Of a stretch of 64,000 bases of DNA, positions 28,245 through 37,764 are shown one piece after another (positions within the stretch are counted from its first letter, which is position 1; every line of letters begins with the position of its first letter). This stretch comes from a bacterium. GTDB taxonomy: Bacteria; UBA8248. The notes beneath the pieces are model-generated. The model worked only from the letters and a program-made list of their open reading frames with translations, was not told the origin of the DNA and made no database searches. A program made the position numbers and the translations under genes. The stretch is from contig OZ241326.1 in the NCBI GenBank assembly GCA_965199855.1, positions 704,001-768,000 of the forward strand, in the 5' to 3' direction.

Positions 28245-28394
28245 CAAGACACCCAGCAACAGGGATACGGTTGTTCCGGCGACGCCTTTCGCATCGCCGG
28301 GGAGCCGCGCCTCGCTTCGGCGGCGGCTCCGGCCGGAGCGGGGTTCGCGCCGCTTCCGGCCGGAGTTTCGCCTAGGACCGAAGCACCGCGGGCC

Positions 28395-29909
28395 CTACCT
28401 GAGCCCGACTTCGGCGGCTATCAGCTTTCCGTCGGCGCGAGGCTGCCAGTCGATCTTCTTGTTCGCGCCGAAGATCCGGAACGTCTGATACAGCGGAATG
28501 ATCGGCACCTTCTCGTGGCGCAGCACGCGGGCGATCTCCTGATACTTCTTCTCCCTCGCCTTGTTCTCCAAGGTGGCGCGCGCGTCGTTTATCATTCCGT
28601 CCACGGCCTTGTCGCGGAACCCCCCGTAGGCCGAGCGGCTGCTGATAGCGCCGGCGAACATGTGCTCGGCGCTGAAGGCCGTGTTCATTCGCGCGAGGTA
28701 ATACAAGAACGGCTTTACGTTTTTCTTGTATTTGCTGAAAATGATCTTCTTCATCGCGCCCCACTCCATCACGCGAACGTTCGCCTTGAGGCCGACCTGC
28801 GACCACTGGCCCGCGATGCCCTCGAGCGCCTCTTTGCCCATCATGAAGCGTCCGCGGGGAATGTAGACGTCGAACGAAAATCCCTTCGGGTATCCGGCTT
28901 CGGCGAGCAGCTTCTTCGCTTGGGCGGGATCGTAGGGATAGGGCTTGAGGTCCGGGTTGTAGCCGAAGCTCGCGGGGCCCTGGATGATCGCCACCGGTTT
29001 GGCGAAGCCCATCATCACGTTCTTGGTGATGGCGTCCCGGTTGATCGCCAGGTTCATGGCCTTGCGGACCCTCACGTCCATCCAGGGCGCGCCCTCTTTG
29101 ATCACCATCAGGATGTAGTTGGTGCGCGGCGACTGCTTGGCGATGACGCTCGCCGTGCCGCTCGCCCGGACCCTCCCGCTCAGCGCCGGGGGGAGATTGT
29201 CGATGACGTCCACGTCGCCCGAGATGAGCGCGGAGACGCGCGTGGTGGACTCGGGGATGAATTTCACGACCGCCGTCTTCACCCTTGGCTTTCTCCAGGC
29301 GTTGGGATTGGCCTCGTAGACGACTTCCTGCCCCTTGCGCCATCTCTTCATCACGAACGGGCCGCTGCCCACCGGATGCCGCGAGAGGTATTTTTTGTCG
29401 TGCTTCTTGTAGTATTTCGGCGGCACGATGAAGCCGTAGATCGCCAGAAACGGCGGGAGCATCGGGTCGGGCTTCTTCGTGTGAATCCGGACCGTGCGCT
29501 CGTCGACCGCCTCCACGCGCGCGATGCTCTTGAAGTAGCGGTATTGTCTCGACTTCATCTTGGGATCGAGAATTCGCTCGAAGCTGAACTTCACAGCGGC
29601 CGCGTCGAGCGCGTCCCCGTTGCTGAATTTCACCCCCTTGCGGAGCTTGAACTCCCACGTCTTCGGAGCCGCCATTTTGTAGCTTTCGGCGAGCTGGTTC
29701 ACTAGGGAGCCGTCCGGCGCGCGGGCGAGCAGCGTTTCAAAAACATTCGGGTGGTGCATCGATATCGGCAGAGAGCTGAAGGTGTGGGGGTCGAACGTGG
29801 TCAGGGAGCCGGCCATGCCCAGCACGACCTTTCCCTTCGGCGCCGCTTTGGCTCCTGCGGGCAGCAACAGGAGTGCCAGAACAACCAGCCAAAGCCAATG
29901 TCTCCTCAT
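28395..29909 (-). CDS. family 5 ABC substrate-binding protein
   Basis: Signal peptide; FKLRKGVKFSNG, PVGSGPF, DVRVRKAMNLAINR, YDPAQAKKLLAEAGY. Confidence 0.94.
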   Translation of the reverse strand: MRRHWLWLVVLALLLLPAGAKAAPKGKVVLGMAGSLTTFDPHTFSSLPISMHHPNVFETLLARAPDGSLVNQLAESYKMAAPKTWEFKLRKGVKFSNGDALDAAAVKFSFERILDPKMKSRQYRYFKSIARVEAVDERTVRIHTKKPDPMLPPFLAIYGFIVPPKYYKKHDKKYLSRHPVGSGPFVMKRWRKGQEVVYEANPNAWRKPRVKTAVVKFIPESTTRVSALISGDVDVIDNLPPALSGRVRASGTASVIAKQSPRTNYILMVIKEGAPWMDVRVRKAMNLAINRDAITKNVMMGFAKPVAIIQGPASFGYNPDLKPYPYDPAQAKKLLAEAGYPKGFSFDVYIPRGRFMMGKEALEGIAGQWSQVGLKANVRVMEWGAMKKIIFSKYKKNVKPFLYYLARMNTAFSAEHMFAGAISSRSAYGGFRDKAVDGMINDARATLENKAREKKYQEIARVLRHEKVPIIPLYQTFRIFGANKKIDWQPRADGKLIAAEVGLR

Positions 29910-29945
29910 CGTGAAGCCCTCCTTTGGGTGAGAATCAACCAGCTT

Positions 29946-31088
29946 TCAGAGACAAGCCAACATGTCCGCGCTCGTGTTCAGCGGTTCATGGCCCTCATCC
30001 GTGACCAGATAGGTTTCGCCCCAGAAAATCTGGCGGTCGGGCCCCAGGTTGAACATGGGGTGCGTCGTCACCACCATTCCCGGCTCCAGCGCCCCCTGGG
30101 ACGCCGGCGTGATCATATAGTCCGTGAGGTCCAGTCCCGTGAGGTGAACCAGACCGTAGGGCCATACTTCGTATCCGTGCTTTTCAAAAATCTCGTTCAT
30201 CGCCGCAACCATGCCGACCATCGGCTCTCCAGGCCCGAGGCGCTCCAGCGAGGCGTCGCGCGCCTCGCGCACCACTTGGTGGGCCTCGACCAGCCATTTT
30301 TCCGCCTCCCCCAGCGTCAGAACCCGTACGATCTGGTTCCAATATCCTTGGACGCGCGGGGAAATCTCCAGCAAGAGGGCGTCGCCCTCCCTGATGGGCC
30401 GGTCCGTCTGGGGGATGACGTAGCCCCAGGGTGCCTCGCCGCCGTCGGCCATGCTCGCCAGACCCATCATGTTGAAGTTCTCCGTCCCGCCCTCCGGGAT
30501 GATCACCCGGTCCATCTCCGCCCGGACTTCGAGCTCCGTCACCCCCTCCCGAATGAAATCGCGGAGATGATCCCATACCCGGTCGCCGAGCTCGGCCGCG
30601 TGGCGCGACATGCCGATCTCTTCTTCGCTCTGCACTAGGCGCAGCTTCCAGATCAGGTCGCCCGCTTCCACCCATTGCTTCGCGTTCACCTGCTCCTGAA
30701 GCTGCTGATGCCAGGCGACGGGAATGATGGAGAGAGAGGAAACGCCTATTCTCGCGCCTGAGGCGGCGATTTCGTTCAAATAGCGGCACGCCTGCGACGG
30801 AACGGGCGTCATGGCCTCGCAGCGGGTGTCGGCGATCCAGCCTTTTCGCAAGGATTCGATTCGTTGATTCTCCACCCCGACGAACAGGACGGGCTCCTCC
30901 TCGCGCGGAAAAACCAGGATCTGCTGGCCGGAGAATGAAATGAAATTGCTGACGTAGGCCAGATTCCCCGATCGGGGGCCCTGGCGGCCGCTGTTGCCGT
31001 AGACGAGGAGGACATCCAGCTCCTCGCGTTCCATCTGCGCCCTGATGTTCGCATGACGGCGATCACGCTCTCTGGTCGATAGCCCCAA
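29946..31088 (-). CDS. M24-fold protein with non-canonical metal ligands
   Basis: Creatinase-like N-domain; LRLVQSEEEI; LEISP..GYWNQIVR, VHLTG, TTHPM, WGETY. Confidence 0.82.
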   Translation of the reverse strand: MGLSTRERDRRHANIRAQMEREELDVLLVYGNSGRQGPRSGNLAYVSNFISFSGQQILVFPREEEPVLFVGVENQRIESLRKGWIADTRCEAMTPVPSQACRYLNEIAASGARIGVSSLSIIPVAWHQQLQEQVNAKQWVEAGDLIWKLRLVQSEEEIGMSRHAAELGDRVWDHLRDFIREGVTELEVRAEMDRVIIPEGGTENFNMMGLASMADGGEAPWGYVIPQTDRPIREGDALLLEISPRVQGYWNQIVRVLTLGEAEKWLVEAHQVVREARDASLERLGPGEPMVGMVAAMNEIFEKHGYEVWPYGLVHLTGLDLTDYMITPASQGALEPGMVVTTHPMFNLGPDRQIFWGETYLVTDEGHEPLNTSADMLACL

Positions 31089-31107
31089 CTTTCCCTCCTC
31101 CGCGTCG

Positions 31108-31860
31108 TCAGAAAATTACCTTGCCGCCCGAGACGGCCAGATTCGCGCCCGTTATGTAGGCGGCTTCATCGCTGCAGAAAAACGCCACGGCGGCGCCTAT
31201 GTCTTCCGGGCGCGCCAGGCGCTTCGCCGGAATGGCGTCGATGTATTTTCTTTGATACTCCTCCGAGTGGAGAATGGGCCGATCCGTTTCGGTGAGGCCT
31301 GGGGAGACCATGTTGACCGTGATTCCGTAGGGAGCCATTTCGACAGACAGATTTTGCGAGAAATACAAAAGAGCGGATTTGACCGACCCGTAGGAATTCG
31401 TGCGCGCCCGCTTCTCGCCCAGGACGGTGGAAAGAACGTTGACGATGCGGCCCCGTCCTCTGTCCCGCATCCCCGGCAGCGCCGCTTGGCAGCAATGGAA
31501 AGCGCCTTTCAGCATCACTTGTATCTGGGGATCGTAATCCTCCTCCCAGTTCATCTCCAGGAAAGCTCTGCCCCTCACCAGCCGCCGCGCGTTGTTGACG
31601 AGAATGTCGACGCGCCCCATCGCCCTCTCGCATTCCTGAAACATGCGGGCCACGTCGTCCCGTCGGCTCACGTCGGCCTGCACGATGAACGCCCTGCCGT
31701 CTTGTTCGCTAATATCTTTCGCCGCCCTTCGGGCCGCCTCCTCGTCCGCGTGGTAATGCACGGCGACCTCGGCACCGGCGCGCGCCAGCCCGCGGGCAAT
31801 GGCTTTTCCGATGCCGCGCGCGGCACCGGTGACGAGCGCGGCGCGTCCTTTCAGCTTCAT
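31108..31860 (-). CDS. SDR family oxidoreductase
   Basis: TGAARGIG, LVNNA, YGSVK, VNMVSPG. Confidence 0.93.
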   Translation of the reverse strand: MKLKGRAALVTGAARGIGKAIARGLARAGAEVAVHYHADEEAARRAAKDISEQDGRAFIVQADVSRRDDVARMFQECERAMGRVDILVNNARRLVRGRAFLEMNWEEDYDPQIQVMLKGAFHCCQAALPGMRDRGRGRIVNVLSTVLGEKRARTNSYGSVKSALLYFSQNLSVEMAPYGITVNMVSPGLTETDRPILHSEEYQRKYIDAIPAKRLARPEDIGAAVAFFCSDEAAYITGANLAVSGGKVIF

Positions 31861-31975
31861 TCGCAGGTCGCCTCGAAAGTCAACGAAAAGCCCTCGTCCC
31901 AGAGTCAACGACAGCAATTCCCCGCGCCTTCTCGGGTATTGACATAGAAGCGGCAACGGCGATCAGTTCTGAATA

Positions 31976-31999
31976 AATGGTATTATATTTAATACCATT
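31976..31999. promoter_or_regulatory. putative GntR/HutC operator in a divergent promoter region
   Basis: Perfect inverted repeat AATGGTATTA-TATT-TAATACCATT in an AT-rich gap between divergent operons; TTGACA at 31939. Confidence 0.7.
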
Positions 32000-32140
32000 A
32001 AAAATCGCAAGTTCTATTTTGGTTTGCGCGGAGGGGATATTTTCCATAAAGTCTCGATATGCGAAGATCACTTCCCGACTTGACGCCCGAATCGCGGCGG
32101 CATTCGTTGGCTGATAAAGATTTCGGAAGGTGAGAGAAGA

Positions 32141-32884
32141 GTGCGCGAATTGATTGCGGAAAAGCCGCTTTCCAACGAATTCATACCCTATTACTACCAA
32201 ATCGCCAGCCTCTTGCGCTGGAAAATCGAATGTGGGGACTTGATTCCGGGAATGAAGCTTCCCACGGAGCTCGACCTTTCCAAGCATTTCGGCGTCAGCC
32301 GGGTGACCCTTCGGCAGGCACTTTCCGTCCTGGAGAAGGGGGGGCTCGTGAGGCGGGAGCGCCGAAAGGGCACGTTCGTCAACGGCGCAAGCGCGAAGCC
32401 GAAAATGATTCATCTCACCGGAGTCATCTGGGAGGAGGACGCCGGCGGCGAGGACATGCGCGTCATATCGATTCGGGACGTGGACGCGCAGCCACGCCTC
32501 GGAAAATTCTTCGGTTTGGACGATGGCGAGGCGTTGACGAGAATTCAGCGCCTCAGGATGATGGAGAGCAAGCCCTTCTGCTGCGTGATGAATTATCTGC
32601 CCCAAAAACTCGCCGCAAGCGTCACGCGCGAGGACATTCGCACCCGCAGCATGCTTCATATCATCAAGAATCGACTGGGTATCCCTTTGGGCAAGATCCA
32701 TCAGACGTTCGAGGCGCGCATCGCCGAGAGCGATGTCGCGAACCATCTTTCCATCGGCGTCATGGAGCCTGTTTTGTATGTGGAGACCTTCGTTCATGGG
32801 AAAAGCGGCGAGCCGATAGAGTTCTCCCAGATCTATTATCGCGGAGATCAGCACAAATACAGCGTGGAGCTCGTAGCCGAGTAG
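32141..32884 (+). CDS. GntR family (HutC/UTRA) transcriptional regulator
   Basis: PYYYQI, LPTELDL..FGVSRVTLRQAL, KGTFV; C-terminal UTRA domain. Confidence 0.95.
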   Translation: MRELIAEKPLSNEFIPYYYQIASLLRWKIECGDLIPGMKLPTELDLSKHFGVSRVTLRQALSVLEKGGLVRRERRKGTFVNGASAKPKMIHLTGVIWEEDAGGEDMRVISIRDVDAQPRLGKFFGLDDGEALTRIQRLRMMESKPFCCVMNYLPQKLAASVTREDIRTRSMLHIIKNRLGIPLGKIHQTFEARIAESDVANHLSIGVMEPVLYVETFVHGKSGEPIEFSQIYYRGDQHKYSVELVAE

Positions 32885-32939
32885 ATTCCCGCGTCTGCCC
32901 TTCGCGTTTCCTGGTTCTCCATTCTCAGAGAGGTGAGAG

Positions 32940-33929
32940 GTGCCCCCGAAGAAGAGCGCGAAGAAAACCATCGGCTTCATCGGCCTGGGCCTCATGGGAC
33001 AAGCGTTTTCCAAGAACCTCATCGCCGATGGGCATCGCCTCGTGGGAACTGACGCGCGGGCGGCGGCGATGAGGAAATTCAGGCGCCTGGGCGGAGAGGC
33101 TCTCGATACGCCTCGCGCCGTCGCGGAAGCCGCCGATGTTGTGTTCATCTCCGTCCCCGACTCGGGAATATCCCTTCGGACGGCGCGCGGAAAAAACGGG
33201 TATCTGGCCTGTTCTCCCGAATCGGCGCCCGAGGTCGTGCTCGACACGACGACGGCGGATCCGGAGGACTCGAAGAAGCACGCGAATCTGTGCCGGAGAA
33301 AGAAAATTCCCTACCTAGATGCATGCGTGAGCGGCAACAGCGGCTACGTGGCCAATCGGGAAGGCCTGTTTCTCGTCGGAGGAGACAGGAAAGCCTACGA
33401 CAAGATGGTGCCGCTTTTGGGGACGATGCTTTCGGATCAGATATACTGCGGCCCATCCGGCTCCGGTGCCGCCATGAAGGTGGTCGTGAACTACATGACT
33501 TCCATGGGGCGTTGCGTCATCGCCGAAACCCTGAGGCTGGGGATGCGCGGCGGATTCGGGAAAGCGTTTTTGTTCGACGCGCTCGCGAGAAGCCGCGCGG
33601 GTGAATGGAGGATGTTGCGCATCCATGGCGGAAACATGTTACGAGGCCGGTTTCGCCGTCCCCTGAGCACCTTGAACGTCATCGCAAAGGACATCCGGCT
33701 CGGTTTGAGGCAGGCGAGGAGAAACGGAGCGGTGACGCCCGTCGGCGGCGCCTGCGCGCCGATGTTCAGGGAAGGCGAGCGCGCGGGATACGGGGAGCTG
33801 GACAGCACGGCGGTTTATTTGTCGTATCTGGATCGGGAGAACAGAAAACAGAATGTCCTTCGCGCCCGCGCTGACAGAGGGAAAGGGCAAACCCCGCGCC
33901 CTCCTCGAGGGAGAACCGAAAGCGGCTGA
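32940..33929 (+). CDS. beta-hydroxyacid dehydrogenase family (3-hydroxyisobutyrate dehydrogenase-like)
   Basis: GFIGLGLMG, DACVSG, GSGAAMKVVVN, KDI. Confidence 0.9.
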   Translation: MPPKKSAKKTIGFIGLGLMGQAFSKNLIADGHRLVGTDARAAAMRKFRRLGGEALDTPRAVAEAADVVFISVPDSGISLRTARGKNGYLACSPESAPEVVLDTTTADPEDSKKHANLCRRKKIPYLDACVSGNSGYVANREGLFLVGGDRKAYDKMVPLLGTMLSDQIYCGPSGSGAAMKVVVNYMTSMGRCVIAETLRLGMRGGFGKAFLFDALARSRAGEWRMLRIHGGNMLRGRFRRPLSTLNVIAKDIRLGLRQARRNGAVTPVGGACAPMFREGERAGYGELDSTAVYLSYLDRENRKQNVLRARADRGKGQTPRPPRGRTESG

Positions 33930-34061
33930 AATCCGGATATTCTCGAATCGGCGTCAGGGAAGCCGGGGACGCGGCTGGAGATTCCCCCAGGTGAGGGAGT
34001 CGTCTTGTCGTGAGCGCGGCGATTTTGGACCTCTCCTTGAAGGATAAGTGGAAAAGCCGCC

Positions 34062-34805
34062 ATGGAACTGAAGGGGAAAGTGCTGGTGATCACGGGTGCG
34101 GCCCGGGGAATCGGCGCGGAAGCCGCGCGCCGGTTCGCGAGATTGGGCGCGAATGTGGCCGCCGTGGACGTGCGGGAAGGCGAACCATGGCGGCTCGGCG
34201 AGGAATCGGAAGGCACCGTCCTCGGAGTGCGGGCGGATATTTCGGATGCGCGGGGCGTCGAAAGCGCCTTTGACGCGGCGGTGGGGCGATTCGGCGGGGT
34301 GGACGTTTTGATCAACTGCGCCGTTGTTCGCGGGAACGGCCCTCTGGCGGAGGTTGAGGAAGGCGCGATTGACTTGGCTTTGGCCGTGGGACTTAAAGGC
34401 GGCATCCTGTGTGCGCGCCGCGCGGCGCAGGAGATGCGAAAGCGCGGCGGCGGGGCCATCGTGAACATGTCGAGCTTCTACGTCCGCACGCCGGCGAAGG
34501 GGCGCGTGGTCTATGTCGCCGTAAAAGGCGGCGTGGAGGCCCTCACGCGCGCGCTGGCCGTCGAGCTGGCGGACGCGAACGTGCGCGTCAACGCCATCGC
34601 GGCGGGGCCGGTGCTGACCAGACTGAGGGAGGCGCGGGGAGAGGGCGGCCCCGACAGCTTGGCGGATCGCTACCGGAAGTCCCCGATGGGCAGGTTCGGC
34701 CGGGTTGAAGAGGTGCTGGACGCCATGATGTATCTGATGACGGCCCGCTCCTCCTACATGACGGGCCAGGTTCTGGCGCTTGACGGCGGCCTGACCATCG
34801 CCTGA
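34062..34805 (+). CDS. SDR family oxidoreductase
   Basis: TGAARGIG, IVNMSS, YVAVK, TGQVLALDGG. Confidence 0.93.
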   Translation: MELKGKVLVITGAARGIGAEAARRFARLGANVAAVDVREGEPWRLGEESEGTVLGVRADISDARGVESAFDAAVGRFGGVDVLINCAVVRGNGPLAEVEEGAIDLALAVGLKGGILCARRAAQEMRKRGGGAIVNMSSFYVRTPAKGRVVYVAVKGGVEALTRALAVELADANVRVNAIAAGPVLTRLREARGEGGPDSLADRYRKSPMGRFGRVEEVLDAMMYLMTARSSYMTGQVLALDGGLTIA

Positions 34806-34978
34806 TTCTTTCGCGCGAGCCTTTGCGGCGCGGGGGCTTCCGGCAGGGCGCGCTCGTCGGGAACGCCGCCGCGGGCGATTTGACGGACGCTTCGCGTCGT
34901 TGTATGAAGCCTGCGTGAGGCTGTAGCGGAACTTTCAGGCGGGTTGACTTTCAAATCTCAGGTGAGGAGGGGAGGAAG

Positions 34979-36166
34979 GTGAGGAAAATTCTGACGACTA
35001 TAGCGGCGCTGGCCATGCTGGCTTCGAGCGCGCCCGCGGCGATGGGCGCCGACATGAAGATCGGCGTCCTGCTGGGCTTTACCGGGCCGATCGAATCCCT
35101 GACGCCGGGCATTGCGTCCGGCGCCGAAATCGCCATGAAGGAAGCGTCCGGGAAGCTGCTCGGGGGGAGGAAGATCGTCCCGGTGCGGGGCGATTCGACC
35201 TGCACGGACGCCGCGGCGGCGCGGGCGGCGGCCGAGCGCCTGATCACCTCGGATCGGGTCGCCGCCATCATGGGCGCGGACTGCTCGGGCGTGACCATCG
35301 CCGTCGTCAACAACGTGGCGGTGCCGAACGGCGTGGTCATGATCTCCCCCTCGGCGACCTCGCCGGCGCTTACCACGATCAAGGACAAGGGCTACTTCTT
35401 CCGCACGGCGCCCTCCGACGCCCGGCAGGGCGAGGTGCTGGCGCAGGTGGCCAAGGCGCGCGGCATCAAGAGCATCGCCATCACCTACACGAACAACGAC
35501 TACGGCAAGGGCCTGGCGGAGTCCTTCTCCAGGGCGTTCAAGGCGATCGGGGGCAAGGTCGAGATTTCGGCGGCGCATCAGGACGGCAAGGCCGACTACT
35601 CCGCCGAGGTGGGGGCGCTGGCCGCCTCGGGCGCCAAGCGTCTGGCCGTGTTCGGCTACATCGACAAGGGCGGCAAGGGCGTCATCCAGGCCTCCATCGA
35701 CGCCGGCGCGTTCGACAGGTTCCTCATGGCGGACGGCATGGTCGGGGAGTCGCTGGTCAAGGCCATCGGCAAGCCGCTGAACGGCTCGATCGCCACCGCG
35801 CCGGGCTCGGATTCTCCCAACGCCAAGAAGTTCGCCGCCCTCGCCAAGGCGGCCGGCGTCAAGGGAAGCGCGCCGTTCGTGGCCGAGGCCTATGACGCGG
35901 CGGCGCTGATCATTCTCGCGGCGCAGGCGGCCGGCTCGACGGATCGCGCGGCCATCCGCTCCAAGATCATGTCCGTCGCCAACGCCCCGGGCGAGGAGAT
36001 CGCGCCGGGAGAGCTGGGCAAGGCGCTCAAGCTCCTCGCGGCCGGCAAGGCGGTGAACTTCCAGGGCGCGACGAACGTCGAGCTGAACGCCGTCGGCGAC
36101 CCTTCGGGCAGCTACAAGGAATATGAGGTAAAGGGCGGGAAATTCGCCGTCGTCAAGGTGCATTGA
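34979..36166 (+). CDS. branched-chain amino acid-type ABC substrate-binding protein
   Basis: Signal peptide; GFTGPIES, GADCSG, ISPSATSP, FFRTAPSD. Confidence 0.93.
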   Translation: MRKILTTIAALAMLASSAPAAMGADMKIGVLLGFTGPIESLTPGIASGAEIAMKEASGKLLGGRKIVPVRGDSTCTDAAAARAAAERLITSDRVAAIMGADCSGVTIAVVNNVAVPNGVVMISPSATSPALTTIKDKGYFFRTAPSDARQGEVLAQVAKARGIKSIAITYTNNDYGKGLAESFSRAFKAIGGKVEISAAHQDGKADYSAEVGALAASGAKRLAVFGYIDKGGKGVIQASIDAGAFDRFLMADGMVGESLVKAIGKPLNGSIATAPGSDSPNAKKFAALAKAAGVKGSAPFVAEAYDAAALIILAAQAAGSTDRAAIRSKIMSVANAPGEEIAPGELGKALKLLAAGKAVNFQGATNVELNAVGDPSGSYKEYEVKGGKFAVVKVH

Positions 36167-36186
36167 CGCCGGGCGGGCGCGAGCGG

Positions 36187-36220
36187 GGAGGCGCGCCCGG
36201 CGCGCGCCGGGCGCGCCTCC
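36187..36220. repeat. perfect 34-bp GC palindrome after the SBP gene
   Basis: GGAGGCGCGCCCGGCGCGCGCCGGGCGCGCCTCC is its own reverse complement. Confidence 0.8.
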
Positions 36221-36264
36221 TCGGCGCCGGGGACGTTTTGCGGAATCGGGATGGCGAGAGAGCC

Positions 36265-37056
36265 ATGATCCGCGTGGTTGACGCGCACAAGAATTTCGGC
36301 GGCGTGAGAGCCGTGAACGGCGCCAGCCTGGAGATTGAGAAAGGATCCATCACGGGGCTGGTCGGCCCCAACGGCGCGGGCAAGACCACCCTGTTCAACA
36401 TGATCGCCGGCGTCTATCCGCCGACCTCGGGACGCATCTATCTCGGCGGCGAGGACGTCACCGGGCTTCGGCCCCACCAGCTGTTCCACAAGGGCGTCCG
36501 GCGCACCTTCCAGATCGCGCGCGAGTTCTCCACGCTGACCGTCCTGGAGAACCTGATGGCGGCGGCCGTCGATCAGAGCGGCGAGAACCTCCTGGGCGCT
36601 TGGCTGCGTCCGGGGCGCGTCCGCGCCGAGGAGGCGGCGATCCGCCGCAGGGCCGGGGAGGTGCTCGAGTTCCTGAGCCTTGAGGCGGTCGCCGGCGAGC
36701 CGGCCGGCAACCTGTCGGGCGGCCAGAAGAAGCTGGTCGAAATCGCGCGCGTGATGATGACGGACGCCAAGGCGATCCTGCTCGACGAGATAGGAGCGGG
36801 CGTGAACCGGACGCTCCTGCGCTCCATCTCCGGCGCCATACTGAGGCTCAACCTGGAGCGCGGCTATACCTTCTGCATGATAGAGCACGACATGGATCTC
36901 GTCTCGCTGCTCTGCGATCCGGTCATCGTCATGGCCGAGGGGGCGGTGCTCGCCCAGGGCCCGGCCCCGGACATCCGGGCGGACGAGCGCGTCATCGAGG
37001 CCTATCTCGGCGCCGGCTTGAGGAGCAGGCCGGCGCCGGCGGCCGATTCCGCATGA
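36265..37056 (+). CDS. ABC ATP-binding protein (LivG-like)
   Basis: GPNGAGKTT, LSGGQ, LLDE, VIEAYLG. Confidence 0.94.
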   Translation: MIRVVDAHKNFGGVRAVNGASLEIEKGSITGLVGPNGAGKTTLFNMIAGVYPPTSGRIYLGGEDVTGLRPHQLFHKGVRRTFQIAREFSTLTVLENLMAAAVDQSGENLLGAWLRPGRVRAEEAAIRRRAGEVLEFLSLEAVAGEPAGNLSGGQKKLVEIARVMMTDAKAILLDEIGAGVNRTLLRSISGAILRLNLERGYTFCMIEHDMDLVSLLCDPVIVMAEGAVLAQGPAPDIRADERVIEAYLGAGLRSRPAPAADSA

Positions 37057-37757
37057 GCTACCTGAGCGGCGAGAACATGCGCGGCGGCTACGGCGCGGCC
37101 GACATACTGCGCGGGTGCGCCGTCAGCGTGGACAAGGGGGAGATCGCGGTCATCGTGGGGCCGAACGGGGCCGGAAAATCGACGGCCATGAGAGCCCTGT
37201 TCGGAATGCTGCGGCTGCGGGAGGGGGAGGTGCGCCTGGGCGGGCGCGACATCAGCGGCCTCACCCCGCAGGATCGGGTGAGGGAGGGCATGGCCTTCGT
37301 TCCGCAGACGGACAACGTGTTCGCCACCATGACGGTGCAGGAGAACCTGGAGATGGGCGCCCTGTTGCTGCGCGACGACATCTCGGAGAGCATGGAGCGG
37401 ATTTTCGAGTTGTTTCCCGTTCTCGGGGAGAAGCGCCGCCAGACGGCCGGCGAACTCTCCGGCGGCCAGCGCCAGCAGGTCGCCATCGCGCGCGCGCTGA
37501 TGATGCGGCCGGACGTGCTGATGCTGGACGAGCCGACCGCCGGCGTATCGCCGATCGTCATGGACGAGCTGTTCGGCCGCATCCTCGATATCCGGCGCGC
37601 CGGCATCGCCGTCCTGATGGTTGAGCAGAACGCCCGCCAGGCGCTCGGCATCGCCGATCGCGGCTTCGTCCTGGTGACCGGAGAAAACCGCTTCATCGAC
37701 ACCGGCGAGGCGCTGCTCGCCAATCCCGAAGTGCGGCGCTCGTTCCTCGGAGCGTAA
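37053..37757 (+). CDS. ABC ATP-binding protein (LivF-like)
   Basis: GPNGAGKST, LSGGQRQ, LDEP, VEQN. Confidence 0.94.
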   Translation: MSYLSGENMRGGYGAADILRGCAVSVDKGEIAVIVGPNGAGKSTAMRALFGMLRLREGEVRLGGRDISGLTPQDRVREGMAFVPQTDNVFATMTVQENLEMGALLLRDDISESMERIFELFPVLGEKRRQTAGELSGGQRQQVAIARALMMRPDVLMLDEPTAGVSPIVMDELFGRILDIRRAGIAVLMVEQNARQALGIADRGFVLVTGENRFIDTGEALLANPEVRRSFLGA

Positions 37758-37764
37758 GCGGGCG

